Of a stretch of DNA of 64,000 nucleotides, positions 13,101 to 23,533 are shown in pieces. Every line of letters starts with the position of its first letter. Within the stretch, counting starts at the first letter, position 1. The notes beneath the pieces are model-generated. The model was not told where the DNA came from. It ran no database searches and saw only the letters and a list, made by a program, of their open reading frames with translations. Where the stretch lies: contig NW_027266264.1 of NCBI RefSeq assembly GCF_022045235.1, positions 23,374,001 to 23,438,000 of the forward strand. Direction: 5' to 3'. This DNA is from Haliotis cracherodii (Eukaryota). The position numbers and the translations under genes are program-made.

Positions 13101-13450
13101 GCTTCAGACCGAAACTTCCGTCAAGATCGAGTTCATCTTCTGAGGATACAAGCACCAAAAAAGTGAGCCAGGTACAGGGGAAAGAAAGTGATGATGTTCC
13201 TGCGCCTCCGCTGCCACCACGCAGTAAACTGGTGCCCAGTCATCTCAAATACCTCACAATAGAGGGTTTGGCAAAAACTCTCATGGCACTAAAACTGGAC
13301 AAACATGTTTCAAAATTTGAAAAGAAGCAAGTAGATGGGCTACTCCTTAACGATTTCACAGAGGAATTGTTAAAAAGAGAATTTAAATTTACAGACTTTG
13401 AAATTATCAAACTTATGAAATTCATCATAAGTGGTCACGTTCCACGGTGA
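7011..13450 (+). CDS. GAREM-like adaptor: N-terminal CABIT-like domain, Tyr/Pro-rich linker, C-terminal SAM domain (426 aa); join(7011..7178,10377..10500,11628..11816,12246..12413,12819..13450)
   Basis: All introns GT-AG with consistent phases (0,1,1,1); total 1281 nt open. RTISIPEEYPMKFKIV resembles the CABIT IxIPxxYxxxF motif; PAPPLPPR is a PxxPxR SH3 ligand; FEKKQVDGLLLNDFTEELLKREFKFTDFEIIKLMKFIISGHVPR* matches the GAREM-type terminal SAM. Confidence 0.88.
7171..7425 (+). repeat. 31-bp tandem repeat derived from the exon end and splice donor
   Basis: Units like GTTGAACAGGCAAGGCGTCTATACATTCCGT; the array resumes at ~8930-9025. Confidence 0.85.
7660..8420 (+). mobile_element. Degenerate Ty3/Gypsy pol fragment (RT-RNase H), intronic
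   Basis: YRFAVDYRRLNAVT, FSVLD..GFWQIPL, YEWNRLPF.LKNAP, VDDIIIFS, PFILTTEAS..AIGYILGQ, with frameshifts and stops. Confidence 0.9.
9300..10105 (+). mobile_element. Penelope-like element relic (RT C-terminus and 3' tail)
   Basis: LYGKMDDFYFPIVNY and NSPAAPAF..CIPQL correspond to the PLE LYDKRDDFNFPIVN / SNIPAAPAYG motifs; tail GGGTGCCACTGGTGGG...GAACACCT. Confidence 0.65.
10377..10500 (+). CDS. GAREM-like coding exon 2 (ALFCHGY...ISRQK)
   Basis: Acceptor CCCTCCCCAG|, donor AGA|GTATGT. Confidence 0.88.
10665..10846 (-). mobile_element. SINE family A, 5'-truncated
   Basis: Family A body with a (TTTGG)n tail on the + strand. Confidence 0.85.
11195..11266. repeat. (CACAC)n microsatellite
   Basis: ACCAC tandem run; explains the VVWCG pseudo-ORF. 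Confidence 0.95.
11628..11816 (+). CDS. GAREM-like coding exon 3 (GPEQTMKQ...ANGVYG)
   Basis: Acceptor GTTTCAG|, donor C|GTAAGT; LPVQVRF is a second CABIT-like repeat. Confidence 0.88.
12246..12413 (+). CDS. GAREM-like coding exon 4 (SLDMSPMVVPLY...NMGNK)
   Basis: Acceptor TTCCCCAG|, donor AAG|GTAAGA; open in the required phase (not in the ORF track). Confidence 0.85.
12819..13450 (+). CDS. GAREM-like terminal coding exon (Tyr motifs, PxxPxR, SAM)
   Basis: Acceptor ATTTCAG|; lies within ORF 12806..13450; stop TGA. Confidence 0.92.
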
Positions 13451-13805
13451 GTTTTGACGTCTGTCAAGTAGATATTTTAGTCTTTCAAATACATACGTCT
13501 GATCTGATGAGATGGCAGTGTGAGCAAGGCATATTTCATCAGAACCATGTAAGATATACGAGCCAATCTCCTTCTCTATGGTGCATAGTGTGAACTTCCA
13601 ATTCTCTTGGCTGGGACAAGATGGAATTGATATTACCAACATAACCCGGTCTCTCCCTTCCTTCTAGATGCAGTTTAGCCTGTTTGGTGACATTTTAATC
13701 CACATCTTCTTTGAAGCGTAAACGAAATTTTACTTATAGTGTATGTGTCTTTATTCAGCTAATGCACCGGAAATATATTACTGGTTTGTTCAAAAGAATT
13801 AAATG

Positions 13806-14087
13806 GGTGAGTGAGTGAGTTGGGTTTTAACGCTGCTTTTAACATTATTCCAGTCATATCACGGCGTGTCAGCTTAATGTGGGAGGAAAGCCCCAAGTGA
13901 TGCAGGTCTCAGACGGTTACCACTTCGGTGAAACCCACGAGCACAGGTATGGTGCTGACAAACCTAGAAACATAATCGGGTCGAACCGGGATTCGAACCC
14001 ACAATCATAGGTTTCTGGCGTGCCAAAGGGACGCAACACTGCACAGCGAATCGCGGCGCCTTAGACGACTGGGCCACCCCTGCCCTC
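13806..14087 (-). mobile_element. SINE family C (tRNA-Leu-like head, (ACTC)n tail), full length
   Basis: A box TGGCCCAGTCGTCTAAGGCG, B box GGTTCGAATCC; 15-bp TSD CAAAAGAATTAAATG at 13791-13805 and 14088-14102. Confidence 0.92.
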
Positions 14088-14850
14088 CAAAAGAATTAAA
14101 TGTATGAAACCTTTATAACATTGTAACCGGGTTTTGTGATGGCAAATACAAGGTCCAACACAGGCTACGGGTGTGAGTCTTTATTGCCTTAGTAGATAAC
14201 AATGACACCCTGTAATGTACAAACAATTAGATTATAAAAACAGTACTACACAGGTTTCATACACACATATATTAATACAATACAAAGCGACCTTTCATTT
14301 AATATAAACATAGTCTATATTCATTACATCAACATGAACTTAATAATCAATGATATATAAAATCATTATCTTACCCTGAAGTAAACAAACGATTTATCAA
14401 GGGCGATAACTCGATCCCGACATTACTGATAAGATTACAATATATAGATGGTCCACGGTCCTAACATACAATGAACATTACAAATACAATTACCACTTTG
14501 TTGAAACTACTATTAATTCATTACCTGATCATACATTTGGTATGATACACTATTTACAAGATATATTTCATGACACAACAAACATGTAAATTGTGCGTAC
14601 CCTGTGGGTGACACTGGGGTGTTTGTCCTCTCCAGGCAGCCGCCGTGCATGGATGCTAAGAAGCTGTCAACACGCTCCTAATTACAGAATCAAATATGAA
14701 TAAATGTAACACACAGAATACAATTGAGGAAATAAAACTAAATCCAACTATCAAACAATGATTGACATTGCATACAAATTCAGTATTTACACAATGATAA
14801 AAATCAACGCATTCATTCAAACATTCACACACAGAAGGAAGAAAAGCATT

Positions 14851-14855
<5 letters not shown>
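13920..14855 (+). repeat. Left copy of the ~1-kb direct duplication flanking the LINE
   Basis: Near-identical to 20375-21391 apart from a 79-bp and a 2-bp deletion and a few substitutions. Confidence 0.95.
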
Positions 14856-14884
<29 letters not shown>

Positions 14885-15025
14885 CTTTATTTCCTCCAGA
14901 AATTAATCCAAAGATTATACATAATTAATCAAACGTATTCACACAAGCTCATATTACCTGTACATATATACAATAAAAGACAGTAGCACCAGTGTCATGC
15001 CATTCACACAGTACAAAAGGTTAGA

Positions 15026-18000
15026 TCAGATGACATAATCAAGGTAAGGCTTTAGTGTAAGTACATAAGCAGAAAATATCAATATAACAGATTCCCATGT
15101 AACTATATCAATACATTGTGAGAAGTGAGTATCAGCACCAAAGAAAAATGACAACATATCTTCTTCATCTTGTAATTCCAACTGGACATAGGTTTCAACA
15201 TCAAGCAGATCAATAAAGGTTGAAAACAGTTCATTTCTTTCCTGCAGTAGAGCTTCACAATGTAATATGATGTGATCATCATAATCAAAGGCATGTTTGT
15301 TACACAATAAACAGTCCCTGGAAGTTTTGTTACGTGATGAAACTCTAACACAAAATGTTAAACTTGACCTCTGTTCTGGGTACTGATATGCTAGTTGCCA
15401 TAATATATGGTGAGTAAGCTTTGTGTGTATTAGCATGAAGCGTGAAAGACCTGTATTGACAGAAACTTTTCTGCGCCACATATTTTCTTCATATTCATGA
15501 ATGGTTTTATTAACCAGCTGCTTCCAGTTTCTCTTTGTAGGAAATACACCACAGCTTATATATGTACAAAGGTTGTTTCGTAGGTTATACTTGTTAAGAA
15601 CTGATAATAAATCTCCACATATAGATTTAGGATTAGTTGGATTTGCAATGTATGCGCAAAAAAGATGTTTAACAAGACTGTTACAGGTTACGTTACATAA
15701 GCGGCCAAGCAGCTGAAGTTTACAGTTATCGATATAGCCGATCATTGTCCACAGCCCAAGATTAGCAATAGTGGATTCTGATGGAGATCTTTTATCAAGT
15801 CCTTGTATAGTTCGCGCGAAATAGCGTTGAGTATTTTCAATGACATTAATGTTTTGACCCTTAATATCAAAGAGCAGTTCGCAGCCGTAAAAACTTGTTT
15901 TTAATATCATTCTTAACCAGATTTTTACACTGGTAGCTGGATGTAGCTCAGAACTGTTGAGTCCCACAGATTTTAACGAATTAATACTTTGTCTTGCTTT
16001 TTGGCAACATTTTTCAATACTTGATTTACATGACAGGTTATGCGTTAGTAGTATGCCACCATACATGACAGAGTCAGATGTTGTTATTTTTATATCACCA
16101 AGTTTGCAATTAATATCTAACCCCTTTTGTTTTGTCTTAGAGAAGACAACAACATTACCTTTTGAAGGGTTATACGTTAGTCGCCACTTTGAGGCATATG
16201 AATGTACTGTATCAAGTGCGTTTTGAAGCCCTCGTGGCGATGTGCTCACAAGAGTTGTGTCGTCTGCAAGCAAAACAGTTGGAATATCTAGACCAAATAC
16301 ACAAATACCACTATTTGCTTGTCTAAGGGCTGTTATAAGGTCATTAATGAAGACTAAGAAGAACCAAGCAGAGAGAACTCTTCCTTGTCCGACACCTTGT
16401 CTTACATGGTATATATCTGACTGTTCACCCTGATAAGTAACGAAAGCATGGCTATTTGTATAGCTATGGTGTAATAACTTCCATGTATTTCCTCTGATAC
16501 CCATTTGGTGTAATTTATAAAAAAGGCCGTCCTGCCATATTCTGTCGAAAGCCTTTTCATTGTCTAAGAAAGCAGCATATACTGTAGAATCTCGATGTAA
16601 GTAAAATTGAATACTTTCAATTAGGGTGAAAACAGACATTATTGCCCCATGTTCTTTCCTAAAGCCGAACTGGAGCATGTCGGGGAAGTCAGGATTTGAC
16701 TTTATCATTTTTAGTTCAATGCGCTTAACAATAAGTTTTTCAAACAGCTTTCCAATGCATGAAGTTAAGGTTATACCTCTATAGTTTCGGGGATCCGATT
16801 TGTCATTCTTACCCTTGTATATAGGAATGACCATTCCTAGTCTATAATTAAAAGGAATGTATTGTAGTCTTAACATAGCATTAAACAGGGCACACAGATA
16901 TCTTATCAAAGATTCACCCCCGTGAATTATATGCTCGTTTGTAACTTTATCAGGCCCAGGGGACTTGTTTCTACTCAGTGTTTTAACAGTTTCATTTACT
17001 TCTACAGTGGAAAATTGTCTTTCTAGTTCCTCATCATGTGCCCCTATCTCTTCGTGAATACGTTCTAGGGAAGAAGATATATCTTTTCGAAAATTTTCAT
17101 CAAAAGTGTCTGAGCAATATGGCTGAGCTAGATCAGAGTAATATTTTCCCCACAATCTACAAATGTCCGAGGGTGTTGTGACACTCTCTCCCTCATAGTT
17201 GAGTTTTGTTATATCTGTAGTTTTTGACCTTTGCTTTCTTACAGTTTTGTAAAAGGAATGTATATCAAGTTCAGATGATTTTTCTATTTCTGTAAGGACT
17301 TGCTTCCTTTTACCTTTTTTGGATTTGCGATAAAGGCGTCTAAAACACCTTTTTTCATTTTTGTAAGATATACGTTCGTTTGAATCTTTATCTCTCGATC
17401 TACCATTTTGAATCCAAGTTCTTCGAGCCACCCTCATGCGATAGTGTGCGTTATCAAGACCATCTTGTCTCCAAAATGGTTTAAGAAAGGGCTTAAACAC
17501 ACTTTGTGGGATACATTTGTTAGCTGCATGTATAAGAGTTTCATTTATGATGTCACATTGGATTTCTAAACTTTGTGGATCTAAGGAGTGGGGATTTGGA
17601 TTGCCATCATATGCACATTTAATATATCTATCAACTTCTGCTTGAAACATAGAAATATTAGTCTTATTTGCTTTATCCCACTTAGGGATAACTCGCTTTA
17701 TATTTTGATCGTGGCTAGTTAGCCCTTCTTGTGATATAGAAATATGACAAGGAAAGTGATCAGATATTTCATAAGGACAGCTTGCTATAATGTAACAGTC
17801 TGTAATGAAGTTACGTAGCCATGACGGTACAAGAATATAGTCTATAAGGCTTCGTGACGTGTTATCTTTTGATCTGCATGTATATCCTAGTCCTCCGAAT
17901 TGTACCATATTTACTGCATGTAATAGATGTCTATTTTCTATAACGTTTCTAAGTAGCTTATCCCGTGCTGTTAGATTGGCCTTACAAACATCAGCATTTA

Positions 18001-18562
18001 AATCATCCAAGATAAAAACTGTTCCTAACTCACACAGATTATCATATATGTCCATCAGTTCATCAAGGGCATTACAGTATACAGAGTTTAACACATTTGT
18101 AGATGGTAGTCGACTGGCTATTACATATACATCACAGTAGCCTGTTTGTGACAATTTAACACTTATTGCATAATCCGAGCTTATAGCTATTGGAATAGCT
18201 TTCCACTTGGTGTGGGTATTAGTTAAGATAGCTAACCCATCTGACCCTCGTGCACAACTCGCATTTGGGGGTAATGCTCTGTATGTGATTAAATTTAGGT
18301 TTTGAAATGATCTTAAACAGTCTACTTTATCAGACGATAGCCAGTGCTCTTGTAAGGCAACAAGGTCAACTGGCATTGATAAGGTGTTACAAATATAATC
18401 TGTACCATGGAGGATCCCACGTACATTCCATGTTAATAAGGACAGAGTCATTTGAACAAATGTGGATAGAGACATGAAATTAAGCATTCTGAATATAATA
18501 TCACAACTTCTAATATTTGTACGAGTCAGTCTGGTCATAGCCCATTCTGTTTTTAGGTACAT
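15026..18562 (-). CDS. LINE ORF2: APE endonuclease, reverse transcriptase and C-terminal CCHC zinc knuckle
   Basis: TWNVRG, LQEHW, IDYI, SDHFP; KSPGPD, YRGITL, QFGFR, FLDNEKAFD, GVGQGRVLS, LLADD; CLLC..HIILHC. The true start is probably a downstream Met such as 18451. Confidence 0.95.
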   Translation of the reverse strand: MYLKTEWAMTRLTRTNIRSCDIIFRMLNFMSLSTFVQMTLSLLTWNVRGILHGTDYICNTLSMPVDLVALQEHWLSSDKVDCLRSFQNLNLITYRALPPNASCARGSDGLAILTNTHTKWKAIPIAISSDYAISVKLSQTGYCDVYVIASRLPSTNVLNSVYCNALDELMDIYDNLCELGTVFILDDLNADVCKANLTARDKLLRNVIENRHLLHAVNMVQFGGLGYTCRSKDNTSRSLIDYILVPSWLRNFITDCYIIASCPYEISDHFPCHISISQEGLTSHDQNIKRVIPKWDKANKTNISMFQAEVDRYIKCAYDGNPNPHSLDPQSLEIQCDIINETLIHAANKCIPQSVFKPFLKPFWRQDGLDNAHYRMRVARRTWIQNGRSRDKDSNERISYKNEKRCFRRLYRKSKKGKRKQVLTEIEKSSELDIHSFYKTVRKQRSKTTDITKLNYEGESVTTPSDICRLWGKYYSDLAQPYCSDTFDENFRKDISSSLERIHEEIGAHDEELERQFSTVEVNETVKTLSRNKSPGPDKVTNEHIIHGGESLIRYLCALFNAMLRLQYIPFNYRLGMVIPIYKGKNDKSDPRNYRGITLTSCIGKLFEKLIVKRIELKMIKSNPDFPDMLQFGFRKEHGAIMSVFTLIESIQFYLHRDSTVYAAFLDNEKAFDRIWQDGLFYKLHQMGIRGNTWKLLHHSYTNSHAFVTYQGEQSDIYHVRQGVGQGRVLSAWFFLVFINDLITALRQANSGICVFGLDIPTVLLADDTTLVSTSPRGLQNALDTVHSYASKWRLTYNPSKGNVVVFSKTKQKGLDINCKLGDIKITTSDSVMYGGILLTHNLSCKSSIEKCCQKARQSINSLKSVGLNSSELHPATSVKIWLRMILKTSFYGCELLFDIKGQNINVIENTQRYFARTIQGLDKRSPSESTIANLGLWTMIGYIDNCKLQLLGRLCNVTCNSLVKHLFCAYIANPTNPKSICGDLLSVLNKYNLRNNLCTYISCGVFPTKRNWKQLVNKTIHEYEENMWRRKVSVNTGLSRFMLIHTKLTHHILWQLAYQYPEQRSSLTFCVRVSSRNKTSRDCLLCNKHAFDYDDHIILHCEALLQERNELFSTFIDLLDVETYVQLELQDEEDMLSFFFGADTHFSQCIDIVTWESVILIFSAYVLTLKPYLDYVI

Positions 18563-20120
18563 AGTCTCTACTTCTGATGTCAGGGGGCCAAAAATCTGAC
18601 TTACCAGCTATGTTATTTTCATAGTCATCAACGTCCATGTTAACTTGCACAGTATACGTATCCTGATGGTTATAGTTCATTTTCTTCTTCATGAGTCGCA
18701 CAAATGTCACGCGAACATGTTTGTCCTGGGCACAGTTGTATATCAGATCTTTCACAGTCTCAAAAGGTTCATCTGCTCTAATGTTATACAGCACAATCCG
18801 TTTGGTCCGCATTCTTGGTACACCTTCAAGAGTTCGATAGGTTTTAGCTAAGGATTTAATAGGATAAGATTCATATCCAGCTTGTTTACTTCCAGATTCA
18901 CGTGCATCATTGTCTTTGCTTCGTTGTCTTCGTCTCACAGAGTTCCAAGAATCATTATCACTGTGTTCACCATTATAAGTAAAGTCGTACAGATAGGTTT
19001 TGTTGGTAAGATCAAGGCAGTTGTCACCTTTATCTGACAATGTTGATATTCCAGGATTTGATGATATATAAACTTCATTTGTCTGCTGTCTATTTTCTGT
19101 AGGTATCATATGGGCGTCTTTATTTGGTTTGTCATTATTTACTTTTTGTTGGGCACCTGCATTAGGATCCGGTAAAGTTTCTCTGGTTCTTGGTCCAGGT
19201 TCAGCTTGCATTTCAATTGGTTGGACTTCATTTATTGTGGAAATGGTTCCATTTGATTTAGGTCTATTAGGGGTATGTGAAGTATTCAGTTTAGACGCCA
19301 TATTGCTGACCTTCGTTTCTATGAACTTTAGTTTAGTATCAATTGAGTAGTTCATGCGTAATGCTTCGCTTTCCAGTTCATGGATATGGTCCCGGAAGCA
19401 TTTGTTTTCCTGGCCACTAATTTTAAGTTCAGCTCTGAGTTCAGCTCGTCGATTTTCTGATTCATTTAGTCTATCTTTTAACTCATTCACTTGTACTTCC
19501 TTCTCGTAGATAGTTTTTTTCAATGTCAAAACTTCATCTTCGAATTTCTTCTCCAGTTTCTTAATCCTGTTGTCTATTGCATCATTCCCCTGGTTAAAAC
19601 ACTGTTTAAGTTGGATCACATGACTTAAAATCAAGGGTAACGAGTCACTTTCACTGTGTGTGATGTTCTCCTCCACTGCGTTGTCGTCTCCGTCGTCTCC
19701 TCCATGGCTGTCTTCGTCACCGAGAATCGAATGGTTACCAACAGATTTGATACTTGCCCGGCTGAGCACTTTCGTCTGTAAAACGTGATCTGGTATTCCT
19801 CCCTCCACATATTGGAATATATAATACACATCTTGAGCGTATTTGTTGAGAATAGATTGCTTGTTGTTGTTTTTATATCGTCGTGATACAAGTCTTCCAG
19901 CAGGAAATTCGTCACAAGTAGCCTTAGCATAGTCATACACACTTTCACGAATGTGGTTAAGTTCCTTGGGGTCACTTTTGTAGATACCAATCAGGCCTTG
20001 TTGAAAAGAGTCTTTGTCTTTGTGTCCAAGCTTGAGCTTGAGTTCGTCATATATCGCTTTGTCCTGGCTGTCGCTGGGTTGAGTATTATACAACACATCC
20101 TCCTCTCCCCTGTCACTCAT
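18510..20120 (-). CDS. LINE ORF1: coiled coil and C-terminal RRM-like domain
   Basis: 536-aa open frame upstream of ORF2; heptad-rich segment; RIVLYNI...FWPPDIRSRDY C-terminus typical of LINE ORF1. Confidence 0.88.
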   Translation of the reverse strand: MSDRGEEDVLYNTQPSDSQDKAIYDELKLKLGHKDKDSFQQGLIGIYKSDPKELNHIRESVYDYAKATCDEFPAGRLVSRRYKNNNKQSILNKYAQDVYYIFQYVEGGIPDHVLQTKVLSRASIKSVGNHSILGDEDSHGGDDGDDNAVEENITHSESDSLPLILSHVIQLKQCFNQGNDAIDNRIKKLEKKFEDEVLTLKKTIYEKEVQVNELKDRLNESENRRAELRAELKISGQENKCFRDHIHELESEALRMNYSIDTKLKFIETKVSNMASKLNTSHTPNRPKSNGTISTINEVQPIEMQAEPGPRTRETLPDPNAGAQQKVNNDKPNKDAHMIPTENRQQTNEVYISSNPGISTLSDKGDNCLDLTNKTYLYDFTYNGEHSDNDSWNSVRRRQRSKDNDARESGSKQAGYESYPIKSLAKTYRTLEGVPRMRTKRIVLYNIRADEPFETVKDLIYNCAQDKHVRVTFVRLMKKKMNYNHQDTYTVQVNMDVDDYENNIAGKSDFWPPDIRSRDYVPKNRMGYDQTDSYKY

Positions 20121-20374
20121 TGTTGTTCAATCAAGATAAAAGCCTAGGTACACTAGCTAGGTCTTGTCAGGTTTACACTCTATACAGTTTGTGTGAAGGG
20201 TTTGGGTTTTAAGATTTGTAATGTCATGTTTTCAACAAAAGGCTTCAAATAATGATAGAAAATCTTCTTACAAACTCAATGTTTGTTTTGAGGTTTTTCT
20301 ACATTTCTATAAAGTGTGTTAAAACTCACTTTTTGTAGGAGCGATGTCACAGGCCATCCACACTTTAGCGCATG

Positions 20375-21391
20375 CCACTTCGGTGAAACCCACGAGCACA
20401 GGTATGGTGCTGACAAACCTAGAAACATAATCGGGTCGAACCGGGATTCGAACCCACAATCATAGGTTTCTGGCGTGCCAAAGGGACGCAACACTGCACA
20501 GCGAATCGCGGCGCCTTAGACGACTGGGCCACCCCTGCCCTCCAAAAGAATTAAATGTATGTTTGGTGGTACAAATAAACAAACACATATACACACACAG
20601 AAAAAGGTTAAGCACCCCCTGTATATTCTACAGGGCATTGAAACCTTTATAACATTGTAACCGGGTTTTGTGATGGCAAATACAAGGTCCAACACAGGCT
20701 ACGGGTGTGAGTCTTTATTGCCTTAGTAGATAACAATGACACCCTGTAATGTACAAACAATTAGATTATAAAAACAGTAGTACACAGGTTTCATACACAC
20801 ATATATTAATACAATACAAAGCGACCTTTCATTTAATATAAACATAGTCTATATTCATTACATCAACATGAACTTAATAATCAATGATATATAAAATCAT
20901 TATCTTACCCTGAAGTAAACAAACGATTTATCAAGGGCGATAACTCGATCCCGACATTACTGATAAGATTACAATATATAGATGGTCCACGGTTCTAACA
21001 TACAATGAACATTACAAATACAATTACCACTTTGTTGAAACTACTATATTAATTCATTACCTGATCATACATTTGGTATGATACACTATTTACAAGATAT
21101 ATTTCATGACACAACAAACATGTAAATTGTGCGTACCCTGTGGGTGACACTGGGGTGTTTGTCCTCTCCAGGCAGCCGCCGTGCGTGGATGCTAAGAAGC
21201 TGTCAACACGCTCCTAATTACAGAATCAAATATGAATAAATGTAACACACAGAATACAATTGAGGAAATAAAACTAAATCCAACTATCAAACAATGATTG
21301 ACATTGCATACAAATTCAGTATTTACACAATGATAAAAATCAACGCATTCATTCAAACATTCACACACAGAAGGAAGAAAAGCATTTATAG
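20375..21391 (+). repeat. Right copy of the ~1-kb direct duplication (starts inside SINE C)
   Basis: Begins CCACTTCGGTG (=13920), ends GCATTTATAG (=14855). Confidence 0.95.
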
Positions 21392-22039
21392 TGTTTACTT
21401 AGCCTTATTTTATTATTAACTTAGTAATATGGTGACACAATCACCATACCAAAGATAAGCATGTTAATAATACTGAAACAACATTCCACATAACTTGGAT
21501 AACATAAGTTATATTATCATTTAAATACATACATAGAGATTAGCTAGCAATTTTATAGATTACTAACCTTAATAATCGAATTATTTATCCCAGATCTGTC
21601 CATGTCCAAATTGTTGACTGACTTCTGAATTGGTGTATTGTCAAGTGCAAGATGGATGAAAAGTGCACAGTTTGAACAAGCCAATGAAAACAAGGCTTGG
21701 GTTAGAACAAAGAGGAGAAACAATGACACAAACATAGACCAACCCAACCACCCTCTACATTATAAGTAAACTCATCCAGAAGCCCATAATAGATATTGAA
21801 CTAAGAACCTACTTTCCTAACAACTTAAAATAATATTACAAACCTAAAGGACCTCAAATAGATAAAACATATGTACAACAAAACTGTATGTTAATACTTG
21901 TGTCTGCCACAACATAACCTCGGAAAAAAACGAATATGGTTTGCAATACCTCTGACAATAAGAAAACATAAAACGTTTATCCTGTTTTGCGATTTTTATC
22001 ATGATTCTAACAAAAACTCAGAGATGATTCAAACACTTA

Positions 22040-22960
22040 GTTACATCCTGCCTTCCTCTGTGGAAGCGATCATTTCCCCACCATTCTTAAAGCAATCTTC
22101 ATCTAGATGACAGTTTAACATGGCCATTTGGTCAATGTATGAACTATTAAGAACTGCAAACTTAACCCCTGAACAAATAAATAAAATGAAGATCCGATTC
22201 AGTTGTTTTCAGATCCGTTCAATGAAATAACAGATGAAATAATTCCAAAGTCCTCTGCAAATTGTTACATTCGTAAACCATGGTTTAGTAATGAATGCAA
22301 AAAGGTACCAAAGTGTAGGAAGAAAGCGGTAATGTATTTCTGCCGCCATCAAAATCTTCTGTTCATCATCTTAAAGAAGGTGATAAATTATTAACTGATA
22401 AAAGTGACATCCCCCGTAAACTTGGTCAAACACTTGCCAAACATTCTTCAGCACCAAGGGGTGATTATAAACGAACAAACAAACAAAACAAAACTAAATT
22501 AAAATCAAATCAATCCAAACCAGCGTATGATTGCGTTTTAATCCTCCTTTTGGGGAATTATTCCAAACTAAACCGAAGCTGGTTCCACCTCTGGTGATCA
22601 GAATAAAACCAGATATAACAGTAGCAAATTTGGATCTTGATATTATTGCAACATACCGACTAATGTCTACACCTCATTGGTAATTAGTCAATTGGTAATT
22701 AGAAACAGACCTTACACTAACTAATTATTAATAATCTGCTACAAACCAGCTATTCTTTCAGCACGAATATTAAATTATCCAATATCCAATTAAGATCAAA
22801 ATACGATTCTCACCGATCCATCATCACTGGTGGATCGAAGGATGGTGCCAAAGTAGCCACTGGATTAAAAAATATTTCTTCCAGATTACCAGACATTAGC
22901 TCACTATTTACTGCTGAAGCTAAGGTTAATCAAACAGCCTTGAAATATGTTCAGAAACAG
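22040..22960 (+). mobile_element. Decayed I/Nimb-group LINE fragments (endonuclease end, RNase H)
   Basis: SDHFP, IPKSS...KPWFSNECK, and TGGSKDG..VA...RLPD.SSLFTAEA (LINE RNase H), heavily deleted. Confidence 0.65.
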
Positions 22961-23533
22961 AATCCATGAAAACACTTCATCTTTTTATTAAATCGTGTTT
23001 TGGTATCATCACTTTTTGATAGTGATTCATAAACACATGCTTATGATATCCCCGGAGCCCAACAATAGACTCTGCTTTTAGTAGAGATTTCTTATGATTA
23101 TGGAAATGTCTTTGTCAATTGAATTTCTAGACATGGTCAATCCCCCGGGCACACCAGAAAGCTGTGATCGTGGGTTCGAATCCCGGTTGCCCTGGTATTG
23201 TTTCTAGGTTTGTCAGCACCATACCCGTGCTATTTGGTTTCATATTGTGCCTTTAACCATATGAGCTGAAACAAGAGGAACCATGGACGTTTCAGGACAC
23301 AAGGAAGACACGTGAGAGTTATACTGAAAGGATACCATGACATTGCCGTGTATCAAGCTCAAGCATCACAATGAATTCAATGCATATGCCCAACTCAATT
23401 TGTTGGTTTATATTATTAAGCTCTGAAGCAAGTTGCACGTGAACATGACGATAATATTCATAAAAGTGGATCAAGGATAATATTTCAGATGAATACATTT
23501 CAGAAGAATGAAAGTGATCTTTAACGTAAAACA

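Larger units (their letters stand above)
14856..20374 (-). mobile_element. Full-length two-ORF non-LTR retrotransposon (RTE-X-like LINE) with (TC)n tail
   Basis: 5'UTR, ORF1, ORF2, short 3'UTR with AATAAA (14891-14886), then (TC)n. Confidence 0.93.

Noticed and set aside
13920-21391. LTR retrotransposon interpretation of the 1-kb direct repeats
   Set aside because: No TG..CA ends, PBS, PPT or integrase; the interior is an APE-RT LINE and the repeat starts in the middle of a pre-existing SINE
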